Part shown: positions 37,797 through 46,731 of the stretch, in pieces
Numbering within the stretch: the first letter of the stretch is position 1
How the letters are laid out: each line of letters starts with the position of its first letter
From: Flavobacteriaceae bacterium
GTDB lineage: Bacteria; Bacteroidota; Bacteroidia; Flavobacteriales; Flavobacteriaceae
Direction of reading: 5' to 3'
Length of the DNA: 64,000 nucleotides
Assembly: GCA_021151665.1 (NCBI GenBank)
Contig: JAGKWW010000002.1
Span: 17,945-81,944, forward strand
The notes under the pieces: model-generated
What the model saw: the letters and a program-made list of their open reading frames with translations, nothing else
Database searches by the model: none
Told to the model about the DNA's origin: nothing
Position numbers and translations under genes: made by a program

Positions 37797-38714
37797 TTAT
37801 TTTTTAGCGCACGGTTCGCAGACTGTCTTTAAGGCAAGCCCCTTTGCAGTAGCCACTACTTCGTGCTTCCCGTCCTTTTCTTTTTTCAGTACCTTCAATA
37901 TAAAGCTGTAAATACTGGCAGGATCATTATGGAATGCCTCTGCGCTGTATTCATGCCCGCCTCCGCAGTACGACATAAGGTGGGCGTTAGGTGTCAGCGT
38001 TTTAATATGGTTGAAAATAGAATAGGACCCGAAAAGCATCAGCCAGCCGGGAGAGCCGGTAGGGCAGTAGTGATGTGCTGCAGTGCCGTATGGAACGACG
38101 GTATCGCAGCTGCCATGAAACAGCATTGTCGGAATAATATTGTCCTGCGTAATCAGGTTAAGGTCGATGATGGCGCCCGCGCCCGAGACAAGGCCGGCAT
38201 ACTTGAAGCCCTGAGGGAGTTGCCGGGGATAGAGACTCATCCGCTTTTGATCCCAATACGCTGCGTGAAGAACGGTTTCTGCACCGGCGCTGCTTCCTGA
38301 TATAAATATTTTGGATGTGTCGATATTGTATTCCTCAGAATGGTCGATAAAAAACAGTGTGGCCTGCCAAAGGTCGCTTATGGCAAGTTGTATGGCTTTT
38401 ATCTTTTCGGTCAGGATACCATCGCAACTAAAGCTTTTTCCTTTCATGTACAGGGTATAGCTAATGGCCGCCGATGCAATACCCTTTCCTGCAAGATAGC
38501 GGCAAATATCGTGGTCCGACTGCCTTTCGCCACCGGAAAAGCCTCCGCCATGCACATGAATGAAAAGCGGTGTTGTGCCTTTTACATTTTTCGGCAGGAA
38601 CAGGTCGAGTTCCAGCTTTGTACTGTCATTGGTAAAGTAGGTCAGCGTTTTAAATTCCTGTGCGGAAACTACGGTGCAGGTAAAAAGCCATACTGATAGT
38701 AAGATGTATTTCAT
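37797..38714 (-). CDS. Secreted alpha/beta hydrolase (esterase/lipase, HGGG type)
   Basis: Signal peptide, oxyanion motif HVHGGGFSGGE, and nucleophile elbow GSSAGA. Confidence 0.8.
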   Translation of the reverse strand: MKYILLSVWLFTCTVVSAQEFKTLTYFTNDSTKLELDLFLPKNVKGTTPLFIHVHGGGFSGGERQSDHDICRYLAGKGIASAAISYTLYMKGKSFSCDGILTEKIKAIQLAISDLWQATLFFIDHSEEYNIDTSKIFISGSSAGAETVLHAAYWDQKRMSLYPRQLPQGFKYAGLVSGAGAIIDLNLITQDNIIPTMLFHGSCDTVVPYGTAAHHYCPTGSPGWLMLFGSYSIFNHIKTLTPNAHLMSYCGGGHEYSAEAFHNDPASIYSFILKVLKKEKDGKHEVVATAKGLALKTVCEPCAKK

Positions 38715-38723
38715 AGGTGCGGG

Positions 38724-39875
38724 TTAGTTGGCCAAAGGTAGTACAACTGTAAATTCTGTGCCCTTACCGGGCTCGCTTACCACACCGATATAGCCTCCAT
38801 GGTTTTCAATGATTTTTTTGCACAGTGCAAGGCCTATGCCTGTCCCGGTATTCTCGGTGAGCCTTTTGAAGATCTTGAAAACCTGTTCGGCATAGTGCTG
38901 TTCAAAGCCGATGCCGTTATCCGTAACCAAAATAAGGGTGTATGCTTTTCCGTCTGCTGTCAGCCCATACTGAAGAGGTTCGTTGCCAAACAGGGTACGG
39001 GCATGAATGGTAATGGCGGGCTCTGATCGCGAGAATTTGATTGCGTTACCAATAAGGTTCCCGAACAGCTGGTGCATCTGTACCGGTACGGCTTGCACTA
39101 TCGGGAGCGCTGTGGCAGTTAGTTGTACCTTCTTTTCGCGCAACAGGATGTCATAATCTTCCCGGATATTTCGCAGCACCTCATTCAGGTCTACGGGTTC
39201 AAAAAGTTCATCGGCAGCCGTGATCTGGCTGTATTTAAGCACATCTTTTATAAGGCTCGACATGCGCTGTGCAGAATTGGCAATTTTGTTGAGATGGCGG
39301 GTAGCAGTTTCTTTATCATCGAGGCTGTTCCCGAGCATTTCGGTAAATATCTGTATCTTCCTGAGTGGCTCCTGTAGGTCGTGCGACGCGATATAGGCAA
39401 ACTCTTCCAGCTGCTTGTTCCGGCTCTCTATATCGCGCATGTAGTGTTGTATCCGGTCTTCGGATAGCTTCCGTTCCGTAAGGTCACGGGTTACTTTGCT
39501 AAAGCCTATCACCTTATTTTCTTCGTCATGCAAAGCAGTTATCACCACCGATCCCCAGAACATGGTGCCATCTTTTCGCACCCGCCAACCCTCGTGCATA
39601 GCCCGTCCATTAGTGCGTGCTTCGTTTATCAGCCGCTCGGGAAGCTGTGCCGCCCTGTCACTGTCCTGATAGAAAAGCCTGAAGTTCCGCCCGAGTATCT
39701 CACTTTCAGTATAACCCTTAATGTGTTCTGCCCCAAGGTTCCAGTTCTGTATATTTCCGTCGGTATCCAACAGTAAGATAGCATAGTCGCGTACTTCTGC
39801 GATCATTTTATGGTATCGCTCTTCGCTCTCGCGCAATGGGCTTTGGTTGGGTGAGGGCTGTTTAGTGTTCTCCAT
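38724..39875 (-). CDS. Cytoplasmic PAS-domain sensor histidine kinase
   Basis: PAS region (NWNLGAEHIKGYTESEILGRNF), H-box ASHDLQEPLRKI, and G2 box GTGIGLALCKKIIENHGG. No TM segments. Confidence 0.9.
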   Translation of the reverse strand: MENTKQPSPNQSPLRESEERYHKMIAEVRDYAILLLDTDGNIQNWNLGAEHIKGYTESEILGRNFRLFYQDSDRAAQLPERLINEARTNGRAMHEGWRVRKDGTMFWGSVVITALHDEENKVIGFSKVTRDLTERKLSEDRIQHYMRDIESRNKQLEEFAYIASHDLQEPLRKIQIFTEMLGNSLDDKETATRHLNKIANSAQRMSSLIKDVLKYSQITAADELFEPVDLNEVLRNIREDYDILLREKKVQLTATALPIVQAVPVQMHQLFGNLIGNAIKFSRSEPAITIHARTLFGNEPLQYGLTADGKAYTLILVTDNGIGFEQHYAEQVFKIFKRLTENTGTGIGLALCKKIIENHGGYIGVVSEPGKGTEFTVVLPLAN

Positions 39876-39894
39876 AAGTTTGTCTGTTCAGGTT

Positions 39895-40299
39895 TTATGA
39901 CGCAATAAGGTACGGGAGTGGTTCCCCTTTCAGGAGATTGTGGAGGATTTCTGTGAGTTTTGCGAGGCTGTTCGGCTTCACAAGGTAATGTTCGGCGCCC
40001 AATTTCATCAGTTCATCTACATCCCGTGAGTGCGAGGAAGTGGTGTATACGATCGCAGGCACATCTTTTAGCATGGGCCGCTTTTTAATTTCCTGCAGGC
40101 ACTCCCGGCCCGACATATAAGGCATGTTCAGGTCGATAAAGATGTAATCGGGGACCGTGCCTGTAGTTAAGGCTTCCAGCGCTTCCTGCCCGTTCTTTGC
40201 CGCATAGTAAACAGCTTCTTGATGGGCGCTTTCAAGTGCGAGGGCAAAAATCTCCCTGTCGTCCTGGTCATCGTCTATCAGATAAACGTTTTTTCTCAT
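39895..40299 (-). CDS. Stand-alone response regulator receiver protein
   Basis: LIDDDQDD acidic pocket, phospho-acceptor context IFIDLNMPYMSG, conserved KP (YLVKP), and no output domain. ATG 40299 chosen. Confidence 0.88.
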   Translation of the reverse strand: MRKNVYLIDDDQDDREIFALALESAHQEAVYYAAKNGQEALEALTTGTVPDYIFIDLNMPYMSGRECLQEIKKRPMLKDVPAIVYTTSSHSRDVDELMKLGAEHYLVKPNSLAKLTEILHNLLKGEPLPYLIAS

Positions 40300-40456
40300 C
40301 GTATACAGATTAAACAACTGTTAAACAAATATAAAACCGTTAATTATTAAAGTGCTGTTAAAGCCGCTCTTTTATGAAATTCTGATAATTGTGCGCTTTC
40401 CCCCTTTTCATAAAAAAAATCGTTACTTTCGCAAATCGATTTTTTTAGCACACAAA

Positions 40457-43400
40457 ATGAGTAAGAAGTTTACTGAATATAAGGGACTTGACCTGCCTGC
40501 CGTGGCGGGTGAAGTACTTGATAAATGGAAAAAAGAACAGGTATTTGAAAAAAGCGTAACTACCCGCGAGGGCAAGCCGCAATATGTATTTTACGAGGGC
40601 CCGCCATCGGCCAACGGATTGCCCGGCATCCATCACGTGATGGCTCGCGCTATTAAGGATATTTTCTGCCGTTACCAGACCCAGAAAGGGTACCAGGTAA
40701 AACGAAAGGCAGGCTGGGATACGCACGGGCTTCCGGTAGAACTGGGCACCGAAAAGGAATTGGGCATTACCAAAGAAGATATCGGAACAAAAATATCGGT
40801 TGAAGAATATAATGAGGCGTGCAAACGCACCGTGATGCGCTATACCGATGTGTGGAACGACCTTACCGAAAAAATGGGCTATTGGGTAGATATGGAAGAC
40901 CCGTATGTAACCTATAAGCCGAAATATATGGAAACCGTATGGTGGCTGCTGAAGCAGATCTATGATAAAGGACTGCTATATAAAGGCTACACCATACAGC
41001 CGTACTCGCCAAAATCGGGTACAGGGTTATCGTCGCACGAAGTGAACCAGCCGGGTGCCTACCGCGACGTGACCGACACCACGATCGTGGCGCAGTTTAA
41101 AGCAATAAGCGATTCGCTGCCGGAATTCCTAAAAGGCTATGGCGCGATCGATATCCTCGCCTGGACCACCACACCCTGGACACTGCCAAGCAACACCGCG
41201 CTTACTGTAGGGCCTAACATTGATTATGTTTTGGTACGGACTTATAACCAATACACTTTCAAAGAGGTGAATGTTGTATTGGCAAAAAACTTGGTTGGCA
41301 AACAATTTGGAAAAAACTATTTTGAGTCGGCGGAAGAGGAGGATTTTACAAACTTTAAAGAAGGCGATAAGAAAATACCTTTCAGGGTAATGGCGGAAGC
41401 GAAAGGCTCAGCCCTTGTTGGCATCCGCTACGAACAACTATTACCTTATGTCCTGCCCTACCAAAACCCTGAGAATGCTTTCCGCATAATCGCAGGCGAC
41501 TTTGTAACCACCGAAGATGGTACCGGTATCGTGCATACCGCGCCTACCTTTGGTGCCGATGATGCTAAAGTCGCGAAGGAAGCGCAGCCGGAAGTGCCAC
41601 CAATGTTGGTGCTTGATGCTAATGGCAATCCGGCTCCGCTGGTAGACCTTCAGGGTAAGTTCATTGCACAGCTCGGCAGCCTCGAAAATCCGAACGGCAA
41701 GCCGCTGGAGCTTGCCGGCAAATACGTAAAGAACGAATACTACGATAAAGGCACGGCGCCCGAGCGTTCTGCCGATGTGGAGATATCCATCTACCTCAAG
41801 GAAAACAACAAAGCCTTTAAGGTAGAAAAGTACGTGCACAGCTACCCGCACTCGTGGCGTACTGATGAGCCTTTGCTGTACTATCCGCTTGACAGTTGGT
41901 TCATTAGAATGACTGATGTGAAAGAGCGCATGTTTGAGCTGAACGATACCATTAACTGGAAGCCTAAGGCTACGGGCGAAGGGCGCTTTGGCAATTGGCT
42001 GAAGAATGCCAACGACTGGAACCTGTCGCGTTCACGCTACTGGGGCATCCCACTCCCGATATGGCGTACTGAAGACAAATCGGAAGAGATGATCATCGGT
42101 TCGGTAGAGGAGCTTTACAACGAAATTGAAAAAGCGATTGCCGCAGGCCTTATGACGGAAAATCCGTATAGAGGTTTCGAGGCCGGCAACATGAGCGAAG
42201 AGAACTATGACATGGTAGACTTGCACAAGAACGTGGTGGACCGTATTACACTCGTTTCGCCATCGGGCAAGCCGATGAACCGCGAAGCCGACCTGATCGA
42301 TGTTTGGTTCGACAGCGGCGCCATGCCGTATGCGCAGTGGCATTATCCGTTTGAAAACAAAGACCTGATCGATAATAATAAAGCTTTCCCGGCCGACTTT
42401 ATTGCCGAGGGGGTAGACCAGACCCGTGGCTGGTTCTATACGCTGCATGCTATCGCGACGCTTGTGTTTGATAACGTTGCTTACAAGAATGTGGTGAGCA
42501 ATGGCCTTGTGCTCGATAAGAACGGACAGAAAATGAGCAAGCGCTTGGGCAATGCAGTAGACCCGTTTACCACGCTTGCCGAGTATGGCCCGGATGCTAC
42601 GCGCTGGTACATGATAAGCAATGCCAACCCGTGGGATAACCTCAAATTTGACATAGAAGGGGTGGCCGAGGTGCGACGCAAGTTCTTCGGGACGCTCTAT
42701 AATACCTACTCTTTCTTCGCGCTGTATGCAAATATTGACGGATTCTCGTACGCTGAGCCTGAAGTACCACTGAATGAGCGCCCAGAAATAGACCGCTGGA
42801 TACTATCTGAGCTCAATACGCTCATTAAAGATGTAGACAGCTTCTATGCCGATTATGAGCCTACGCGCGCTGCACGTGCGATATCAGATTTTGTTCAGGA
42901 AAACCTAAGCAACTGGTACGTGCGCCTGTGCCGCCGCCGCTTCTGGAAAGGCGAATATGCGCAGGATAAAATTGCTGCCTACCAGACGCTTTACACCTGC
43001 CTGGTAACAGTAGCTAAGCTCGCAGCGCCAATTGCACCATTCTATATGGACAGGCTTTATACAGATTTAACAAAGGCTTCACAAGCGGAAAGTTTCGAAA
43101 GCGTACATTTGGCCGATTTCCCTGCATACGCTGATAACTTTGTTGATAAATCGCTGGAAAGCAGGATGCAGAAGGCCCAGACGATATCATCGTTAGTGCT
43201 TTCGCTCCGCAAGAAGGAGATGATCAAGGTGCGCCAGCCGCTGCAAAAGGTAATGATTCCGGTACTTGACGCCAATCAAAAGGCTGAAATTGAAGCTGTA
43301 GCCGAACTGATAAAAGCTGAGGTAAACGTAAAGGAAGTAGCGCTCCTCGATGATGCTTCGGGTGTTCTGGTAAAGCAGATAAAACCGAATTTTAAAGCAC

Positions 43401-43888
43401 TCGGCCCAAGGTTTGGAAAAGACATGGGTCTGATAGCCAAAGAGATACAATTATTTGGTCAGGAACAGATCGCAGCGATAGAGAAATTGGGAAGCCTTGA
43501 CGTGTTAATTTCCGGAAAAAGTGTTACTTTAACATCTGAAGACGTAGAGATATCGTCGCAGGATATACCGGGATGGCTCGTAGCCAACGCCAACGGGATA
43601 ACAGTGGCGCTGGATATTACGATTACTGACGAACTGAGGAAAGAAGGTATTGCCCGTGAGCTGGTGAACAGGATCCAGAATATCCGTAAAGACAGCGGCC
43701 TCGAGGTTACCGACCGTATCAAGATCAGCCTTCAGGACAATGCAGTGCTGGAAGATGCTGTAAAGGCGAATGAGGCCTACATAAAGTCGGAGACGCTTAC
43801 TGACGAGCTTACGTTTAGCCCGGCAGTAGAAAATGGTACAGAAATTGAGTTTGATGATATAACAACCCTAATATTAATTTCAAAATAG
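40457..43888 (+). CDS. ileS: Isoleucine--tRNA ligase (long, type 2-like form)
   Basis: PSANGLPGIHHV (HIGH region) and KMSKR (KMSKS), about 1140 aa. ATG 40457 chosen. Confidence 0.97.
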   Translation: MSKKFTEYKGLDLPAVAGEVLDKWKKEQVFEKSVTTREGKPQYVFYEGPPSANGLPGIHHVMARAIKDIFCRYQTQKGYQVKRKAGWDTHGLPVELGTEKELGITKEDIGTKISVEEYNEACKRTVMRYTDVWNDLTEKMGYWVDMEDPYVTYKPKYMETVWWLLKQIYDKGLLYKGYTIQPYSPKSGTGLSSHEVNQPGAYRDVTDTTIVAQFKAISDSLPEFLKGYGAIDILAWTTTPWTLPSNTALTVGPNIDYVLVRTYNQYTFKEVNVVLAKNLVGKQFGKNYFESAEEEDFTNFKEGDKKIPFRVMAEAKGSALVGIRYEQLLPYVLPYQNPENAFRIIAGDFVTTEDGTGIVHTAPTFGADDAKVAKEAQPEVPPMLVLDANGNPAPLVDLQGKFIAQLGSLENPNGKPLELAGKYVKNEYYDKGTAPERSADVEISIYLKENNKAFKVEKYVHSYPHSWRTDEPLLYYPLDSWFIRMTDVKERMFELNDTINWKPKATGEGRFGNWLKNANDWNLSRSRYWGIPLPIWRTEDKSEEMIIGSVEELYNEIEKAIAAGLMTENPYRGFEAGNMSEENYDMVDLHKNVVDRITLVSPSGKPMNREADLIDVWFDSGAMPYAQWHYPFENKDLIDNNKAFPADFIAEGVDQTRGWFYTLHAIATLVFDNVAYKNVVSNGLVLDKNGQKMSKRLGNAVDPFTTLAEYGPDATRWYMISNANPWDNLKFDIEGVAEVRRKFFGTLYNTYSFFALYANIDGFSYAEPEVPLNERPEIDRWILSELNTLIKDVDSFYADYEPTRAARAISDFVQENLSNWYVRLCRRRFWKGEYAQDKIAAYQTLYTCLVTVAKLAAPIAPFYMDRLYTDLTKASQAESFESVHLADFPAYADNFVDKSLESRMQKAQTISSLVLSLRKKEMIKVRQPLQKVMIPVLDANQKAEIEAVAELIKAEVNVKEVALLDDASGVLVKQIKPNFKALGPRFGKDMGLIAKEIQLFGQEQIAAIEKLGSLDVLISGKSVTLTSEDVEISSQDIPGWLVANANGITVALDITITDELRKEGIARELVNRIQNIRKDSGLEVTDRIKISLQDNAVLEDAVKANEAYIKSETLTDELTFSPAVENGTEIEFDDITTLILISK

Positions 43889-43890
43889 AA

Positions 43891-44277
43891 TTGAAAATGG
43901 TAGATGAGCAAATTAGGTACTCTGACGCAGACCTGGCAGAGTTCAAGGAGTTAATTACTAAGAAGATAGAGAAAGCTAAAGCCGACCTGGAACTGATACG
44001 CAGCGCTTATATGAACGACCTTAATAACGGTACAGACGATACATCGCCAACCTTTAAGGCATTTGAAGAGGGAAGCGAAACCATGTCTAAGGAAGCGAAC
44101 TCACAACTGGCCATCCGTCAGGAGAAGTTTATCCGCGACCTGAAGAACGCGCTTATCCGTATCGAGAACAAAACATATGGCATTTGCAAAGTAACAGGCA
44201 AGCTGATTGGTAAAGAGCGCCTGAAGCTGGTTCCGCATGCTACGATGAGCATCGAGGCGAAGAACATGCAGCGTTAA
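43891..44277 (+). CDS. TraR/DksA-family protein with a degenerate zinc finger
   Basis: Coiled-coil N-terminal part and C-terminal YGICKVTGKLIGKERLKLVPHATMS, in the conserved ileS-dksA-like-lspA arrangement. The start is TTG 43891 or ATG 43897. Confidence 0.75.
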   Translation: MKMVDEQIRYSDADLAEFKELITKKIEKAKADLELIRSAYMNDLNNGTDDTSPTFKAFEEGSETMSKEANSQLAIRQEKFIRDLKNALIRIENKTYGICKVTGKLIGKERLKLVPHATMSIEAKNMQR

Positions 44278-44362
44278 TCTTTTCGCAAAATATTTGAAAA
44301 CGCTCCGTACAGGGGCGTTTTTTATTTTACTATTTACTTATTTTTGCGCTAAATTTTTAAGG

Positions 44363-44965
44363 ATGTCCCTAAAGAAAGCCTATATCATTGTTGTCCTGGT
44401 GCTGCTCATAGACCAGATTTCCAAGATCTATGTAAAAACCCATTTTATCGAAGGGGAATGGTTCCGGGTGCTGGGTATGGACTGGTTCCGTATCCACTTT
44501 ATCGAAAATGAAGGGATGGCCTGGGGCGCAGAGATACCGGGTTCATACGGCAAGGTTATCCTTACACTATTTCGCATTATTGCAGTAGCCGGAATTGGTT
44601 GGTGGCTGCACGATTCGGTTAAGAAACATCTTTCACCTTACCTTATTATATCCATTGCCCTGATACTGGCAGGCGCATTCGGAAATATCATTGACTCGGT
44701 TTTTTACGGGGTGATTTTCGACCATAGCCATGGCCATATTGCTACTCTGTTTTCTGATAAACCTTACGGAACACTGTTGCATGGCAAAGTGGTAGATATG
44801 CTGTACTTCCCGATGTGGAGCGGCACACTGCCATCATGGATCCCCATCTGGGGCGGAAAATACTTTACCTTCTTTAATGCGATATTCAATATTGCCGATG
44901 CGGCTATATCTGTCGGCGTCGCGATATTGGTGATCTTCAACAAAAAAGCATTTGCGAAGCAGTAG
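44363..44965 (+). CDS. lspA: Lipoprotein signal peptidase (signal peptidase II)
   Basis: Four TM segments with catalytic Asp contexts (IDQISK..., FNIADAAISVGV). ATG 44363 chosen. Confidence 0.92.
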   Translation: MSLKKAYIIVVLVLLIDQISKIYVKTHFIEGEWFRVLGMDWFRIHFIENEGMAWGAEIPGSYGKVILTLFRIIAVAGIGWWLHDSVKKHLSPYLIISIALILAGAFGNIIDSVFYGVIFDHSHGHIATLFSDKPYGTLLHGKVVDMLYFPMWSGTLPSWIPIWGGKYFTFFNAIFNIADAAISVGVAILVIFNKKAFAKQ

Positions 44966-44974
44966 TTGCGAAAC

Positions 44975-45065
44975 GGTTTATGGTTTATGGTTGATTTGTT
45001 TATTGTTTATGGTGTCTGGATGCGTATCACCATATATAAACTTCTCAGCCTATAAACTTATAAAC
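44975..45065. repeat. Heptamer array GGTTTAT x5 plus inverted ATAAAC copies, forming a long imperfect palindrome
   Basis: ggtttat ggtttat ggttgat ttgtttat tgtttat (44975-45010). The inverted copies are caccatatataaac (45028-45041) and tataaac at 45051 and 45059. The last two lie inside the 3' end of the convergent CDS. Confidence 0.8.
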
Positions 45066-45614
45066 ACTTAAAGGTGTTACACAATAGTCCAGCTTAACAT
45101 CTTTGGTAGTGGTTTCTATGGGCTCCTCTTCGGCTTCAAAAACAGACAGCCCTACTTTTACCACATCTTCGTGGCATTCGCTGAGAAAGCGGTCATAAAA
45201 CCCTTTCCCGTAGCCAAGACGGTTTCCCTTGTGGTCGAAGGCCAGTAATGGCACAAATACTACTTCTATCTTTTTGGGCGGAACCTCGATTCCATCCACC
45301 GGTTCGGGTATGCCGTAGCTATTGAGCTTAAGTTTGGTGTTATCTGTCAGCAGGTAATGCGTCATGCTAAAATCTTCGAAATCAGATTTCGCCACAACAA
45401 TTTCTTTATCCTTTCCGCTCAGTATATGCAGTATAGGATCGGTATGGATTTCCTTTTGCTGCTCAATAGTCAGGAACAGGTGGTAGTATGTTTTATCCCA
45501 GATTGGCAAATGCAGGAGCCGATTGGCCACGGCCAGGCTTTGCGCTTCCACATCGGCGGGTGTAAGCTTTTTGCGAAGCGCCTTGTATTTTGCTCGTAAT
45601 TCTTGCTTGGTCAT
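45045..45614 (-). CDS. 5-formyltetrahydrofolate cyclo-ligase
   Basis: MTKQELRAKYKALRKKL start and the GYGKGFYDRFL motif, about 189 aa. Confidence 0.9.
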   Translation of the reverse strand: MTKQELRAKYKALRKKLTPADVEAQSLAVANRLLHLPIWDKTYYHLFLTIEQQKEIHTDPILHILSGKDKEIVVAKSDFEDFSMTHYLLTDNTKLKLNSYGIPEPVDGIEVPPKKIEVVFVPLLAFDHKGNRLGYGKGFYDRFLSECHEDVVKVGLSVFEAEEEPIETTTKDVKLDYCVTPLSVYKFIG

Positions 45615-45642
45615 ATGCAAATATAATCGCTATCAGGGAACC

Positions 45643-45670
45643 CCAAACTCTAAACCCGAAACTTCTACCC
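45643..45670. repeat. Heptamer-periodic spacer (CCAAACT CTAAACC CGAAACT TCTACCC)
   Basis: Read directly. It lies between the cyclo-ligase start and the stop of the upstream gene on the minus strand. Confidence 0.6.
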
Positions 45671-46630
45671 CTCCAGCTTCTTTGTAATATGAAAAATGGC
45701 ATCGCCCTGATAGACGATAGGGGCATCGTTGCTGTTGATGATATAGCCGCGGTTGGGCGCCTTTACCTTCTGCTCGAATTTGCCGAACGGGTCGGTAATA
45801 CAGGCAATGACTTCGCCCTTTTCCACAAGCTGTCCGGGAGCGGTGTAGTTTTGTAACAGGCCCGAATGTTGTGCGCGTATCCAGCCCGATGCTTCGATAT
45901 ACACCGGTGGGGCAGGTGCGGGCTTTACATTCTTCTTGTGGTTCAGCATGCCCAGGTGGTGCAGGAAACGCTTGGCACCACGCACTGCCTCCTGGGTAAC
46001 TTCAGCATCAATGTCGAGTGACTTTCCGCCTTCAAACAGCAGCATCTTTACACCCATTCTGGCACACGCCGAGCGGAATGACCCTTTGATGTTTTTTGAA
46101 TAGAGTGTGAATGGCGCATTAAAAACATCGGAGAGTTTTCGGAGTTCAGCGTCCTTCGGCACAATACGTATCTGCGGCGCGTTGAAGCGGCTTGCGCCTC
46201 CGGCATGAAAGTCGACACAATAATCTACCTTCGGAATAATTTCTTCCAATAAATGCCATGCAAACCGGGCGGCCAGCGACCCGCGTTTCGACCCGGGAAA
46301 TACCCGGTTAAGATCGCGCCCGTCGGGAAACTCCCTGCTTTTGTTCACGAAACCGAAAATATTGATTACCGGAATGCAGATGATGGTGCCGCGTTCGGGC
46401 TTGTTTATCTTCCGGACAATGATCTGGCGCACCGTTTCCACACCGTTGATCTCATCCCCATGAAGGCCGGCGGTAAACAATACCACCGGGCCATCTTCTT
46501 TGGCACGTTCTACAATGATCGGAATCTTGAGCTTACTCATGGTGTGCAGCCGCGCAATCTCCATATTGATGGTCTTTCCTTCGCCGGGCAAAATAGTTTC
46601 GCCGAGTATTGTGATATGTTTTTGGGCCAT
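45665..46630 (-). CDS. Succinylglutamate desuccinylase/aspartoacylase-family zinc hydrolase
   Basis: GLHGDEINGVE zinc-binding motif and the overall M14-like pattern, 321 aa. Confidence 0.85.
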   Translation of the reverse strand: MAQKHITILGETILPGEGKTINMEIARLHTMSKLKIPIIVERAKEDGPVVLFTAGLHGDEINGVETVRQIIVRKINKPERGTIICIPVINIFGFVNKSREFPDGRDLNRVFPGSKRGSLAARFAWHLLEEIIPKVDYCVDFHAGGASRFNAPQIRIVPKDAELRKLSDVFNAPFTLYSKNIKGSFRSACARMGVKMLLFEGGKSLDIDAEVTQEAVRGAKRFLHHLGMLNHKKNVKPAPAPPVYIEASGWIRAQHSGLLQNYTAPGQLVEKGEVIACITDPFGKFEQKVKAPNRGYIINSNDAPIVYQGDAIFHITKKLEG

Positions 46631-46719
46631 AGGCTTGTAGCAAAACGGTAAATTTAACGATAAGTCTTAAAACAGGCGTAACACAAACCGTCTTTTATCG
46701 TTATACCTTGCAATTGTCT

Positions 46720-46727
46720 TACCTTTG
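46720..46727 (+). promoter_or_regulatory. -7 box TACCTTTG immediately upstream of uvrC
   Basis: Exact TAnnTTTG match ending 4 nt before ATG 46732, suggesting a leaderless or near-leaderless mRNA. Confidence 0.4.
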
Positions 46728-46731
46728 CAGC

